A stretch of DNA of 64,000 bases from the NCBI GenBank assembly GCA_963708295.1, contig CAVPSJ010000016.1, positions 64,001-128,000 on the forward strand. The letters run 5' to 3'. Under the pieces are notes generated by a model that did no database searches, was not told where the DNA came from, and saw only the letters and a list, made by a program, of their open reading frames with translations. Origin of the DNA: an uncultured delta proteobacterium (GTDB taxonomy: Bacteria > Desulfobacterota > BSN033 > UBA1163). Shown piece by piece: positions 1-9,905 of this stretch (the first letter of the stretch is position 1; each line of letters starts with the position of its first letter). The position numbers were made by a program, and so were the translations under genes.

Positions 1-2
1 CC

Positions 3-665
3 ATCGTCCGGCGCTTTTCGCAGGACGGATTTAAAGTGGCCTTCACCTTCCATCATCGCCAGGAACGGGCGGAGCAGCTTCAGAAAGAAACCGGTGCCTT
101 CGGGTTCCAGGGAGATCTGCTAGATCGGGAACAGGTCAGGGAGATTGTGGAAAAAGTTCTTGAGACCTTCGGGCACATCGACGTCCTCGTCAACAATGCG
201 GGCCTGACACAGGTGATGCCCTTTGCTTTGATCGAAGAGGAGGATTGGGATCAGATCCTCACGGCCAATCTGAAGACCATGTTCCTGGTCACCAAGGAGG
301 TCGTCCGGTCAATGATCAAACGCAGGAGAGGAGTGGTGATCAATATCGGTTCCCTAGCAGGGCACCGGCTTCTCGATGTTCCCGTTCATTATGCCACAGC
401 CAAGGCGGGGGTCAGTGGCTTTACCTTGTCGCTGGCCAAAGAGCTTTCTCGTTACAATATTCGGGTGAACGAGGTGGTGCCGGGTCTCCTTTCAAAAGGC
501 ATTGGGGAATTGGTCCCCGAGAAAGAAAGAGCCGAATACTTGAGGTATTGTGCGGCAGGGCGTCCGGGTGAGCCGGAGGAGGTTGCAGATTTAGTGGCTT
601 TCCTCGCAAGCGAAAAAGCACGATATATCAACGCGCAGCCCGTGTTTGTCGACGGGGGAATCTGA
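3..665 (+). CDS. fabG: 3-oxoacyl-ACP reductase-like short-chain dehydrogenase (5' end outside window)
   Basis: Frame open from base 3 (IVRRFSQDGFKVAF); VNNAG and YATAK (YxxxK) motifs, C-terminal VDGG; adjacent to a FabZ-like gene. Confidence 0.85.
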   Translation: MVRRFSQDGFKVAFTFHHRQERAEQLQKETGAFGFQGDLLDREQVREIVEKVLETFGHIDVLVNNAGLTQVMPFALIEEEDWDQILTANLKTMFLVTKEVVRSMIKRRRGVVINIGSLAGHRLLDVPVHYATAKAGVSGFTLSLAKELSRYNIRVNEVVPGLLSKGIGELVPEKERAEYLRYCAAGRPGEPEEVADLVAFLASEKARYINAQPVFVDGGI

Positions 666-666
666 A

Positions 667-1110
667 ATGCGCTGGAGATTCGTGGATAGAATGGAGGCCT
701 TTGAGCCCTGGACCTTCTTGAGGGGTCGAAAGTCGATTTCTCTTGAAGAGTATTGTCTGCTCGACGCCTTGGGTCGAAAAGGTGTGTTTCCCGAGACCCT
801 GGCTCTTGAAAGCTGCACTCACCTCGGACGATGGCTCGTCATGAAAAGTTCCGATTTCCTTAAGATCGGCCTTCTTTCCGAGGTTCGTGAGTTTTCTTTT
901 GCGAATGAGTGTGGCATGGGACAATCTCTGGAGATGACAGTGCGTGTGCAGAAAAAAGAAGAGGGTTCCATCGAAGCAGCATGTGAGGCAACGGCGGAAG
1001 GGAGACCCATCTGCCGGGGAGTCCTGATTCTCGCCTTTAGGGAGCTTGGGGAACTCGTCGATCCTGAAACGATGAGAGCCACGTGGCAGGAACTTTATGT
1101 CAAGACTTGA
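667..1110 (+). CDS. FabZ/FabA-like hotdog-fold acyl-ACP dehydratase-family protein
   Basis: ATG one base after the fabG stop; MRWRFVDR start and FPETLALES resemble FabZ F.VDR and MPGVL..EA; the HFP His is absent. Confidence 0.7.
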   Translation: MRWRFVDRMEAFEPWTFLRGRKSISLEEYCLLDALGRKGVFPETLALESCTHLGRWLVMKSSDFLKIGLLSEVREFSFANECGMGQSLEMTVRVQKKEEGSIEAACEATAEGRPICRGVLILAFRELGELVDPETMRATWQELYVKT

Positions 1111-2509
1111 CGAGCGGGCGTACACCTATTTTTCGACGGTTCGATCCATGTGCCGCTCTTGCCGGGCGGTCGTTCCTGCCCGGGTCTTTTTCCAGGAAGG
1201 AAAGGTCTGGCAGCAGAACCTCTGCCCTTGCGGCAACAGCCAGCCGGCATTGATCGCAGCGGACAAGGATTGGTATCTGGAAAATATCCTGAGGCCCATC
1301 TCCGATCGCTCTCCGCTCAAGTTATCACACCCGCTGAAGAATGGATGCCCTCATGATTGCGGACCGTGCGCATGGCATGCCACACCCTGCCAGCTTCCTG
1401 TAATTTCGGTGACGAACGCCTGCAACCTGGGCTGCCCCATCTGTTTTACCTACAATCGTCCCGACCGGACCTATTTTATGTCCGTGGAGGAAATGGAACG
1501 AACCGTTGATTGGATCATTGCATCCTCCGATCGAGTCGATTTGATCAATATCACGGGGGGGGAACCGACCCTCCACCCTCGAATCCTCGACCTCCTGCGC
1601 TGCTGCAAGCGGCCTGAGATCGGCCGGATCACGATGAACTCCAATGGTCTCCGCCTCGCAGAAGATCCCGACCTTTGCGAACAACTGGCCGCGTTAGGTG
1701 CCTATGTCATCCTCTCCTTCAATACCTTCGATCCCAAGACAGCCCTCCTTCTTCATGGAAAGGATGTTGTGGAAGAGAAGCTTCAGGCCATTGAAAACCT
1801 CACCCGGGCAGGGGTCAAGATAACCCTTCTTTACGTGATGATGCGCGATACGAATGAGAATGCCCTTGCGGGGATCCTTGATTTGATAAGGACCAACGAT
1901 CAGATCTTGAGCCTCACGGTTCAGACCATGACCTATACGGGCCAGGGGGGTGGCTATTGGCCCCTTCGTCAACCTATCCCCGTCGATGAGGCGGCACGCA
2001 TGGTGTGCCAGCAGTCCGGTGGTGCATTTGTCTTCTCGGATTTCCTCCCGCGACCGTCGAGCCATCCGTTGTGCTATCTGACATGTTATGTGCTCAAGTC
2101 AGGGCGGACCTTTCTGCCCTTTGCAAGGTTCGCTCCCGCCGAGAAGATCCTTTCCCTCATGAAAGACTCCTATCTGATCCGCCTTGGCGACGAGGAGGAT
2201 TTTTTCAGGGAGGCCATCAACCGGCTCTATTCGGAGGGGAAAACAGAGCCCTTGAAACTATTTCGGGAATTGATCGAAGCGCTCTATCCTCGCAACCGGG
2301 ACATCAGCATCTTTGAGCGTCAGCGGCTTGCGGAGTCGTCGGTTCGTACCATTTACATTCATGCCCATATGGATGAGGACACCTTCGACTGCTCCCGTGC
2401 CATGCTCTGTCCGGACCTCGTGCCGGCAGAACCGGGCAGGCTGATCCCGGCCTGCACGTATAACCTTTTCTACCGGATGAAGGATGAGAGGTTTTATGTT
2501 AACCGATAA
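1097..2509 (+). CDS. Radical SAM protein, Tes/GDGT-MAS (MJ0619)-like family, copy 1
   Basis: N-terminal CRSC...CPCG, GCPHDCGPCAWH, CNLGCPIC, GGEP, SHPLC, and C-terminal MDEDTFD..R...C...GRLIPACTYN. Confidence 0.85.
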   Translation: MSRLDERAYTYFSTVRSMCRSCRAVVPARVFFQEGKVWQQNLCPCGNSQPALIAADKDWYLENILRPISDRSPLKLSHPLKNGCPHDCGPCAWHATPCQLPVISVTNACNLGCPICFTYNRPDRTYFMSVEEMERTVDWIIASSDRVDLINITGGEPTLHPRILDLLRCCKRPEIGRITMNSNGLRLAEDPDLCEQLAALGAYVILSFNTFDPKTALLLHGKDVVEEKLQAIENLTRAGVKITLLYVMMRDTNENALAGILDLIRTNDQILSLTVQTMTYTGQGGGYWPLRQPIPVDEAARMVCQQSGGAFVFSDFLPRPSSHPLCYLTCYVLKSGRTFLPFARFAPAEKILSLMKDSYLIRLGDEEDFFREAINRLYSEGKTEPLKLFRELIEALYPRNRDISIFERQRLAESSVRTIYIHAHMDEDTFDCSRAMLCPDLVPAEPGRLIPACTYNLFYRMKDERFYVNR

Positions 2510-3066
2510 AGATAAAGCGAAGCGGAAAGCAGAGAGGGATGCGCTCCAAACCTACTGCAAAGGCAGCCAGAATCGTCCCTTTGTTCTGGAACGCAACGAT
2601 GCCTATTATGTCTGCGAGGTCCTCTTTCCGTCCATCCTTGACCACATCCGAATCCCCATTCGGTGTCTGATGGTGGGCATCGTGAATGCAGTACCCATTT
2701 CGGCTCTTAAAGCTCTTCTTCTACCGCGTGCTTGGAATGAAGATCGGGAAGGGAGTCTATATCGCTCCTGAGGTATTGATGGATCCGCTCTACCCGTGGC
2801 TGATCGAACTCGAAGATGACTGTTTTCTCGGAATGGGATGCAAGATCTTCACCCATGAGTACACCGCGACCTACTTCAGGATAGGTCGTGTGCGGATCGG
2901 AAGAGGTTCGGTCATCGGAGCCTACTCGATCATACGCTCCGGAGTGACGATTGGAGAAAGAGTGACCGTGGGGTTCAACAGTTACGTCAATAAAGATATT
3001 GGCGATGGCGAGACCGTGGGCGGCGTTCCAGCCAACCCTTTAAGACGGAGTCCGGGAAGAGGATAA
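2496..3066 (+). CDS. Hexapeptide-repeat (left-handed beta-helix) acyltransferase; one frameshift near 2685
   Basis: ORFs 2496-2771 and 2686-3066 join; LGMKIGKGVYI, VRIGRGSVIGAYSII, GVTIG, VGGVPA motifs. Confidence 0.8.
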
Positions 3067-4079
3067 TGGGGTTTCTTGTAAATTATCTGGAAAACGTCGT
3101 GTCCCTTGGATTCCGAAGAGAGCCCGCCCGCCCTCTCCTCTTCTCGTACTATGTCACCCATCGCTGTGAGCTGAACTGTCGCTATTGCTGCGATGGGGAT
3201 GGAAAACGGTTCAAAGAGGATCCCGTCCCCGAACTCTCGGTGGATGAAGCGGCCAGGCTCTTCTCTGTCGTTAGAAGGGCTTGTGACACATTGGATATCA
3301 CGGGTGGGGAGCCGATGGTGCGGGAAGACCTGGAAGAAATACTTGCCTGTGCCCGCCAGATGGGATTCAGAACGGTTCTCAACACAAAAGGGATCGGGTT
3401 GAACGATCGACCCGACGTCATGCGACTTACCGATGTCCTTGTTCTCAGCCTCGATGCCATGGACCCGGAAGCTCTCTCAGAAGTGATCGGACGGCCAAAG
3501 GCGACGGCTGAGAAGATCATCGAGGCCGTTCATTTCGCCCTCTCCAAGAGAAAGGAGACCGGAACAAAGCTTGTCTTCACTGCTGTCGCCACCCCCGCCA
3601 ACCTGACCGGAGTATGGGAAGTACTCCGCTTTGCTTCAAAACATTCCGTTGCCTTTAATGTTTCTCCGGAGATCGTTGGCACCACCGTCCATTCGAAGCT
3701 TCGCGATAATTCCGATTACGATCATCTGATTGCAGAGGTGATCATGGCGAAGAGAGAAGGGTCGGGGATCCTTGGGGTCCCGCGTTATCTTCAGAGGATC
3801 CGGGATTTTGGCCCCTTCCGTTGCTACCCCCTTCTGATGCCGACGATCAGACCGGACGGGAGGATGTATTATCCTTGCCTTGAAAGCAAACGAGCTGAGG
3901 TCAGCCTCCTCGAGGCGGGAAGTTATCCCACGGCCTTGAAGGCAGCCCGTGAACGTGCTGGAGATCTCCCGGACTGCAAGGATAGCTGCCATCTCTTCTG
4001 CCATATGGCGATCTCCCTCTATCAGCGACATCCTTTTTCTGCGCTGGGGGAAATCAAACAGTGGAGGATAAAATGCTGA
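3066..4079 (+). CDS. Radical SAM protein with C-terminal Cys-rich auxiliary-cluster (SPASM/twitch-like) domain
   Basis: VTHRCELNCRYC, TGGEP, C-terminal RCYP...YPC...CKDSCHLFC; TAATG coupling to the upstream gene. Confidence 0.88.
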   Translation: MGFLVNYLENVVSLGFRREPARPLLFSYYVTHRCELNCRYCCDGDGKRFKEDPVPELSVDEAARLFSVVRRACDTLDITGGEPMVREDLEEILACARQMGFRTVLNTKGIGLNDRPDVMRLTDVLVLSLDAMDPEALSEVIGRPKATAEKIIEAVHFALSKRKETGTKLVFTAVATPANLTGVWEVLRFASKHSVAFNVSPEIVGTTVHSKLRDNSDYDHLIAEVIMAKREGSGILGVPRYLQRIRDFGPFRCYPLLMPTIRPDGRMYYPCLESKRAEVSLLEAGSYPTALKAARERAGDLPDCKDSCHLFCHMAISLYQRHPFSALGEIKQWRIKC

Positions 4080-5098
4080 GGCAGATTTCACAGGAACTCC
4101 ATTACCAGCACCGATCCTTGAGGTTGGGTCTCGCTTTCTTCCGCCGCCGCTTGCTCCATTGCAATCTACAGGTGACTTACCGTTGTAATTTTCACTGTCA
4201 GATCTGCGACTTCTGGAAGGAACCTCACGATCCCTCCGATGAACTGACGGTGGAGCAGATCCAGAGGATTGGCAAAAACCTCAACCGTTTGGGCACCCTG
4301 GTCATCTCCCTTGGCGGAGGTGAGCCACTCATCCGCCAGGATCTCTATCAGGTGATCGCCGTGCTCAATAAAACCAACCATTTCCCAATCCTCATCACGA
4401 ACGGTTGGTTCGTGAATGAAACCATAGCCAAAGACATCTTGCGGGCGGGTCTGCAAGAGATCTCGGTTTCCGTCGACTACGCGGATCCGGCCAAACACGA
4501 TGCCCAACGCGGGCGCGTCGGTGCTTGGGATCGTGCCATCAAAGCGCTTGAGCTGCTCAACCGTTATCGTCCTGACCGCCGTCATCGAGTCCACATGATC
4601 ACGGTGCTGATGGACGACAACCTTGAGGAAATCGAACCCCTCCTCCAGCTCTGTCGAGATCTCGGGGTGACTTACTTCATCAACCTCTATTCCTCCGGCC
4701 GTGGAACAAAACCATGCCGTGCGCCAGACGGAAACGTTAGCGATAAACTCCTGGAGCTCAAAACCAGGTACCCTGAGTTCATCTCGTTGACATCCTACGT
4801 GGGGCAGTTCGATCAAGCGATCGCTGAAGGCGGTATCGGCAACTGCCACGCGGGAACTCTCACGTTTAATATCGGAAGCCGGGGCGAGGTCTCACGGTGT
4901 ATCGATACGATCGACGAGCCGGTTGGGAACATTTTGACGGACGAGATCACAGACCTCCGCGACCGACTTCAAACGGCGCAGGAAAAGGGAAGCTGCGCGC
5001 ATTGTTGGACCTCATGCCGGGGCTCTGTCGAGTCTTTATACAAGCCGCCACGAGTCCGCCAGTTCCGGGAGTTCTGTGTCTCGGTGAAGAGGCATTGA
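4073..5098 (+). CDS. Radical SAM/SPASM-like protein
   Basis: VTYRCNFHCQIC, GGGEP, CHAG...GEVSRC...CAHCWTSC; ATG overlaps the upstream stop. Confidence 0.88.
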   Translation: MLRQISQELHYQHRSLRLGLAFFRRRLLHCNLQVTYRCNFHCQICDFWKEPHDPSDELTVEQIQRIGKNLNRLGTLVISLGGGEPLIRQDLYQVIAVLNKTNHFPILITNGWFVNETIAKDILRAGLQEISVSVDYADPAKHDAQRGRVGAWDRAIKALELLNRYRPDRRHRVHMITVLMDDNLEEIEPLLQLCRDLGVTYFINLYSSGRGTKPCRAPDGNVSDKLLELKTRYPEFISLTSYVGQFDQAIAEGGIGNCHAGTLTFNIGSRGEVSRCIDTIDEPVGNILTDEITDLRDRLQTAQEKGSCAHCWTSCRGSVESLYKPPRVRQFREFCVSVKRH

Positions 5099-6513
5099 TG
5101 GAAACTCTGGGGATGACTCAATCGACCTGCAGCGTCTGCCGCGCCGTCATTCCCGCTAAGATCGTCACGGACGGACAGGAGTGTTTACTTCCATAAGTTC
5201 TGCCACGACCATGGCGAATCCCGCATCTTAATCTTCGGTGATCTTCCTCAATTACCTCCGAACGCTCAGATATGTGAAACCGGCGTGGGAACCCAAGACG
5301 TTCGTGGGCGACGCCAGGGCCAGGTGTCCGGAGGGGTGCGGGTTCTGCGAGCGGCATGAACAGCACCTCTGCATGCCAATCATTGAGATTACGAATCGGT
5401 GTGACCTGGTCTGCCCTGTCTGCATCAATGCGTCAGGCAGAGAATTCGACGGGAACTTCAACTCCATGGGATCTCTCGCTTCATGAGTTCCGCACCTTCT
5501 CGATGTGATCCTTGAAGCAGAGCGCCAGGTCGATGTCCTCAATCTATCAGGCGGTGAGCCGCTTCTTCATCCGCGGCTCCTTGATATGATCGACGAAGCC
5601 CTGTCAAGAAAGGAAATCGTTCGGGTCAGCCTCTCCACCAATGGTCTTCGATTCCGAGACGAACCCCGCCTCCTTCAGGAACTCCACAGGCGTCACGTGG
5701 TCATCTCACTGCAATTTGATGGCTTCAATGAAACGATCTACGAGACCCTTCGCGGAAAACCAATGCTTCGGAAGAAACTTGAGATCCTTGACATGCTGAA
5801 AGATTGTGGGATAACGACGTCGCTGACTATGACCGCTGGCGGAGAGGTGAATGACGACCAGTTCCCCCCAATGCTCGATTATCTCTTCGGACATGACCAT
5901 GTGGTCAGTCTGATGGTGCAACCTGTAGCTTTTGTGGGCCGCGGAGGCGCCATGCCACAATAAGGTCAAACGCCTCACGGTTCCCGATGTCGTCCGCCTC
6001 CTCGAGAAAGCAGGCCATCCAGCCGTCAAGGCAGATGACTTTGTGCCTCTGCCCTGCAGCCATCCCCTCTGCTTCAGCCTGGCCTTCTATCTCATGCTCG
6101 ACAGCGGAGGCGTCGTCTCCGTAAGCAGGCTTACAGATGCCGCAACGCTGATGGATTCTCTCTCGAACCGTGTTGTTTTTGGACTCGATCTGGATGAACA
6201 CGAAAGGCTGAAGCAAATGATCTACGACCTCTGGAGCGGGCCGTCAGGAGCGGTTCCGGAGAACAAGGCGGTCCTCGAGACGCTTCGCAATATCCTCAAA
6301 AAGATGTCCCAGACCTGCTGCGGTCCTTTTAATCCACGACAGGCCTTCACGCTTGCAGAGCGAAAGGTAAAGTCGATCTTCATCCATGCGTTCCAGGATG
6401 CGGAAACCTTTGATCTGACTCGGGTCCGGCGGTGCTGCCAGGCCTATCCGCAGCCCGATGGGAAACTTATTCCTGCTTGTGTCCACAACGTCCTGGGGAG
6501 GGAAAGGCGGTGA
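5098..6513 (+). CDS. Radical SAM protein, Tes/GDGT-MAS-like, copy 2 (about four frameshifts: ~5180, ~5245, ~5470, ~5950)
   Basis: Fragments join as METLGMTQSTCSVC...KFCHDHG...CPEGCGFCERH...CDLVCPVC...GGEP...CSHPLC...FQDAETFDLTRVRRCCQAY.QPDGKLIPACVHN; TGATG coupling at 5096-5100. Confidence 0.8.
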
Positions 6514-6572
6514 AGATCCTTTGGGTCATTTGCCCGAGCTGCTACGCCGGGCATCTTCTGAAGAGGAGAGCG

Positions 6573-8065
6573 ATGATTTTCTATACGCGGAATACCTATC
6601 TCGATCATAACGCGACAACGCCCGTTGCGAAGGAAGTGCGAAGAGCGATGGAACGTGTACTCAAGAAGATCCCCGGAAATGCATCGTCCCTTCACACCCA
6701 TGGACGGACCGCACGCGGGCTGGTGGACCAGGCCCGGAGATCGGTTGCTGCGCTTCTCGGATGCCCACCCGAACAGGTGATCTTTACTTCCGGTGGAACC
6801 GAGGGAAATAATGCAGTGATCAAAGGCGTGTTTGCCGAATCCGGGAAGGGCCATATCATTACATCAAAGATCGAGCACGAATCCGTTCTCGGAGCGTGCG
6901 AACAGGTGGAGAAGATGGGTGGAGAGGTCACCTACCTCTCCGCCGGCAGAGACGGGCTCGTCCGCCTCGAAGATGTGAAGGCCGCCATTCGCCCGGACAC
7001 GATCCTGGTCTCGATCATGCACGGCAATAACGAGACCGGCGCGATTCAGCCAGTCGAGGAGATCGGACGGATCTGCCAAAGTACCGGAATTCCATTTCAT
7101 ACCGATGCCGTTCAGACGTATGGAAAGATCCGGACGAATGTGGATGAACTGGGTTGCGAATTCCTCACGCTGACAGCGCACAAAATCAACGGTCCCAAGG
7201 GAGCAGGGGCCCTCTACTGGCGCGGTAAGACGAAATGGAACCCTCTGGTCTATGGGGGCGACCAGGAACAAAAGCTACGGGCGGGCACGGAAGGCGTTCA
7301 CCAGATCGTGGGTCTGGGTGCGGCAGCGGATTTGGCACGAGGTCGAATGGAACAGGAACTGCCCAGGCTCTGGGAACTTCGGAGACAACTTCTTCAGGGG
7401 CTGAGAAAGATCGTCCCCGATATCCGGGTCAATGAAGCGCCTCCGGACCGGCAGCTTCCTGGGACCATCAATCTTACTTTTCCGGGAAAGGAGGGCGTTC
7501 GAATTCTGGCCGGCCTCGACTGTTATGAGATCAGCGTATCGATCGGGTCAGCTTGCACCGCCGACCGGGTTGAGCCTTCCCACGTGCTCCTGGGAATGGG
7601 ACTGAGTGAGAAGGAGGCCCTTTCGTCGATTCGCATCAGCATGGGGACAACGACAAGACCTGCAGATGTCCGCTACTTGCTGGCAGTCCTTCGAAGAAGT
7701 CCTGAAAGGTGACCCTGCAGGCTTTTCGTACCTTGATCCCCAGCACCTTACCGAAGAGCGAATCCGTTCCGAGAAGACCTTTCTGATCGATCTTCGGTTT
7801 CCCTACGAGCGGATGCTGTCTCCCACCATTCCTGGCGCAGCAGGAGTGGTCGCATATCTATTTTGAGAGATATCTGAAGCGGATACCCTGGGACAAAGAG
7901 GTGATCATGATGTGTGGCACCGGAATCTTTTCCTTCTCGGCGGGATACCGACTTGCCAGAGCGGGTCATCCGGCTGTTCGGGTCGTTTACGGCGGGTATG
8001 CGGCGTGGCACGGCCTTTACCCTGAACTCATTCACCGCTTAAGAGGGGGACCGCCTTCGGGTTAG
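6573..8065 (+). CDS. NifS/IscS-type cysteine desulfurase, probably fused to a C-terminal rhodanese domain (frameshifts ~7695 and ~7840)
   Basis: GAGGAG RBS before ATG 6573; YLDHNATT, FTSGGTE, TAHK (PLP Lys), GSACT (catalytic Cys); downstream frames read LIDLRFPYE...IPGA and MMCGTG...GGYAAW to TAG 8065. Confidence 0.8.
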
Positions 8066-8123
8066 GGCAACCGCATCGTATCCGCTGGTCAGACGAAACG
8101 ATATCCGGCGGGCCGCTTTTTTC

Positions 8124-8750
8124 CTATACCAGGAATGGAATAAACCTGTATCGCACCCGCTTCATGTATTCCCGATACTCCGGCTGCTGAATGAGAAATC
8201 GCTCTTCAAGGATCGCCCGGTAGACGTAACATGCTGTCGAGATAATGAAAACAAGCACGGTAAAAAGGTTGAAGTGACTCATCAGGAAGCCCACACGCAG
8301 GAGGATATCGGTCGCATACATGGGATGCCTGACGATCCCGTAAAGACCACGCGATTTCAGTCTGCGGAACGCGATCAGGATGCCGAAACTGCGTCCGAGG
8401 TTTAACAGCGTAGCGACGCCGAGCACATTCGCGCAAAAAATGACCACCTGCGAGATCTGCTTTGCCACCTGGGGCCCCGTTGCCGGTTGTCCCATAAACG
8501 CTGCTCCGGAACAGAACGCAATGATCGCAATCGCTTGATGCAAGAGGTTTGTCTGAATCAACTGATGGGGTTTACGAATGAGAAAGATAACGGCGAGCAG
8601 CAGACTTTGAATGGTAAAACTGATTTCCACATACCCGAGCGTCCCCTTAAGATGGTATTGGTAAGTCTGCCAGATCCCCCACCCGGCGAAATTGAGAAAT
8701 AGGTAGATATTAAGAAGGGATTGCCAGTGTTTTTTGAAAAACGCTTCCAA
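8124..8750 (-). CDS. Isoprenylcysteine carboxyl methyltransferase / PEMT-family integral membrane methyltransferase
   Basis: Several hydrophobic helices; GLYGIVRHPMY and EERFL..EYREY.KRVRYRFIP signatures. Confidence 0.85.
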   Translation of the reverse strand: MEAFFKKHWQSLLNIYLFLNFAGWGIWQTYQYHLKGTLGYVEISFTIQSLLLAVIFLIRKPHQLIQTNLLHQAIAIIAFCSGAAFMGQPATGPQVAKQISQVVIFCANVLGVATLLNLGRSFGILIAFRRLKSRGLYGIVRHPMYATDILLRVGFLMSHFNLFTVLVFIISTACYVYRAILEERFLIQQPEYREYMKRVRYRFIPFLV

Positions 8751-8905
8751 TCGATTTTCGTTCCGATAGGATACCGCAGGCTAAAGCTTGCAGCTACAAA
8801 GAGAATATCACAATACAACGTCCTGAGTCACGCCTGACTGCTTAACCACCCGTTGCATCAATAAAAATCTAGAAACCGCATTTTCATTTCAACCTCAGGG
8901 TTGAA

Positions 8906-9901
8906 TTACGGGATCAGTGGCGACAGCGCATGGGCAAGCCGGATTATTTCAGGGCCATTCAACCAACTTGACGCGGATACATGCGATAGCAGCGATGTCA
9001 ACACCAACCGGTGGTCTTTGTTGCGATGGCACGTCTCAAGTTCAGAGAAAAGGCGTTCTGCCTGCGCCGCCGGAACAACTTGATCGTGCCGGTCGTGAAT
9101 GAGCGTCACCGGACAGTCGAGATGCTCCAGATTGCCAGCGGGGGAAAGTTTCTTGAGCACCTCCGGCTCCTGGAAAACGCTTGAATACTTCCGTATCGAG
9201 GTCATGGAGATAGCGAATCATAAAAACGTCGTTTTTCTTCCAAAGACGCTTCGGAACAATATCGGTCGAGCAGCATTTCGATTTCCTGCCAGACCTCCTG
9301 AGAAAAAGCAACAGCATCCCGTCGCCCATAAAGAAAGACAAGCCGTTGATGGATGGCCTCGTCCCATTCCGTGTCGCTCTGTGGCTCGCGTTCCAGGTTC
9401 AGGGCATATCCTTCCAGAACATCTGATAAGTTATGATACGCGCCGAGCGTGATGACCCACGGAATGTGCTTTGATACTTCGAGGTGACCCGCCACGATGA
9501 GCGCGTAACTTCCGCCAAAACTAAACCCAATCAACCCCACCGGCTGGTGAATCGTGTCGGCGGTGAGGGCCACGACGTTTGCGAGTTCGTCCAGGTCGGA
9601 TGTCTCCCATCGACAGGATGCCAGTCCCCCGAGGGTCGGGACCACACAGGTGGTCCCAAAGTGCGCCGCGGTGCGGGCAAAGTGGATCAGTCGTGGGTCC
9701 TGTCCGCCTTTGAGGGTCACCCCGTGGACAGCAACGCAGGCAGCCAATGTTCTATGTTGATGCTGGTAGACCGACCATGCGCGTCCCCGATGAAGAGCAT
9801 TCCTGATGTTCTACAACCGAGGGATCTGGAGGGCGCTGGTTTCCCCTCCATGCTAACCGCGCCAGAAAAGCGTGCGATTTGATGAGTCTCAATAATCCCA
9901 T
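8906..9901 (-). CDS. Alpha/beta hydrolase (frameshifted near 9750-9830 and ~9205)
   Basis: MGLLRLIKS start, VHG, GFSFGG nucleophile elbow, LIHDRHDQVVP and LSHV (Asp/His) across three frames. Confidence 0.7.
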
Positions 9902-9905
9902 GGGA

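Noticed and set aside
1097-2509. MoaA or methanopterin methyltransferase annotation
   Set aside because: The extra N-terminal metal motifs and C-terminal block fit the Tes/MJ0619 family; there is no MoaA C-terminal GG and the context is lipid-related
3066-5098. LipS1/LipS2 lipoyl synthase pair or RiPP maturases
   Set aside because: The LipS2-type GCPxCxRP motif is not seen, and no precursor peptide or PqqD/RRE gene is nearby
8838-8860. attC-like half site GCTTAAC-CACCCGTTGCA
   Set aside because: No matching complementary right half was found
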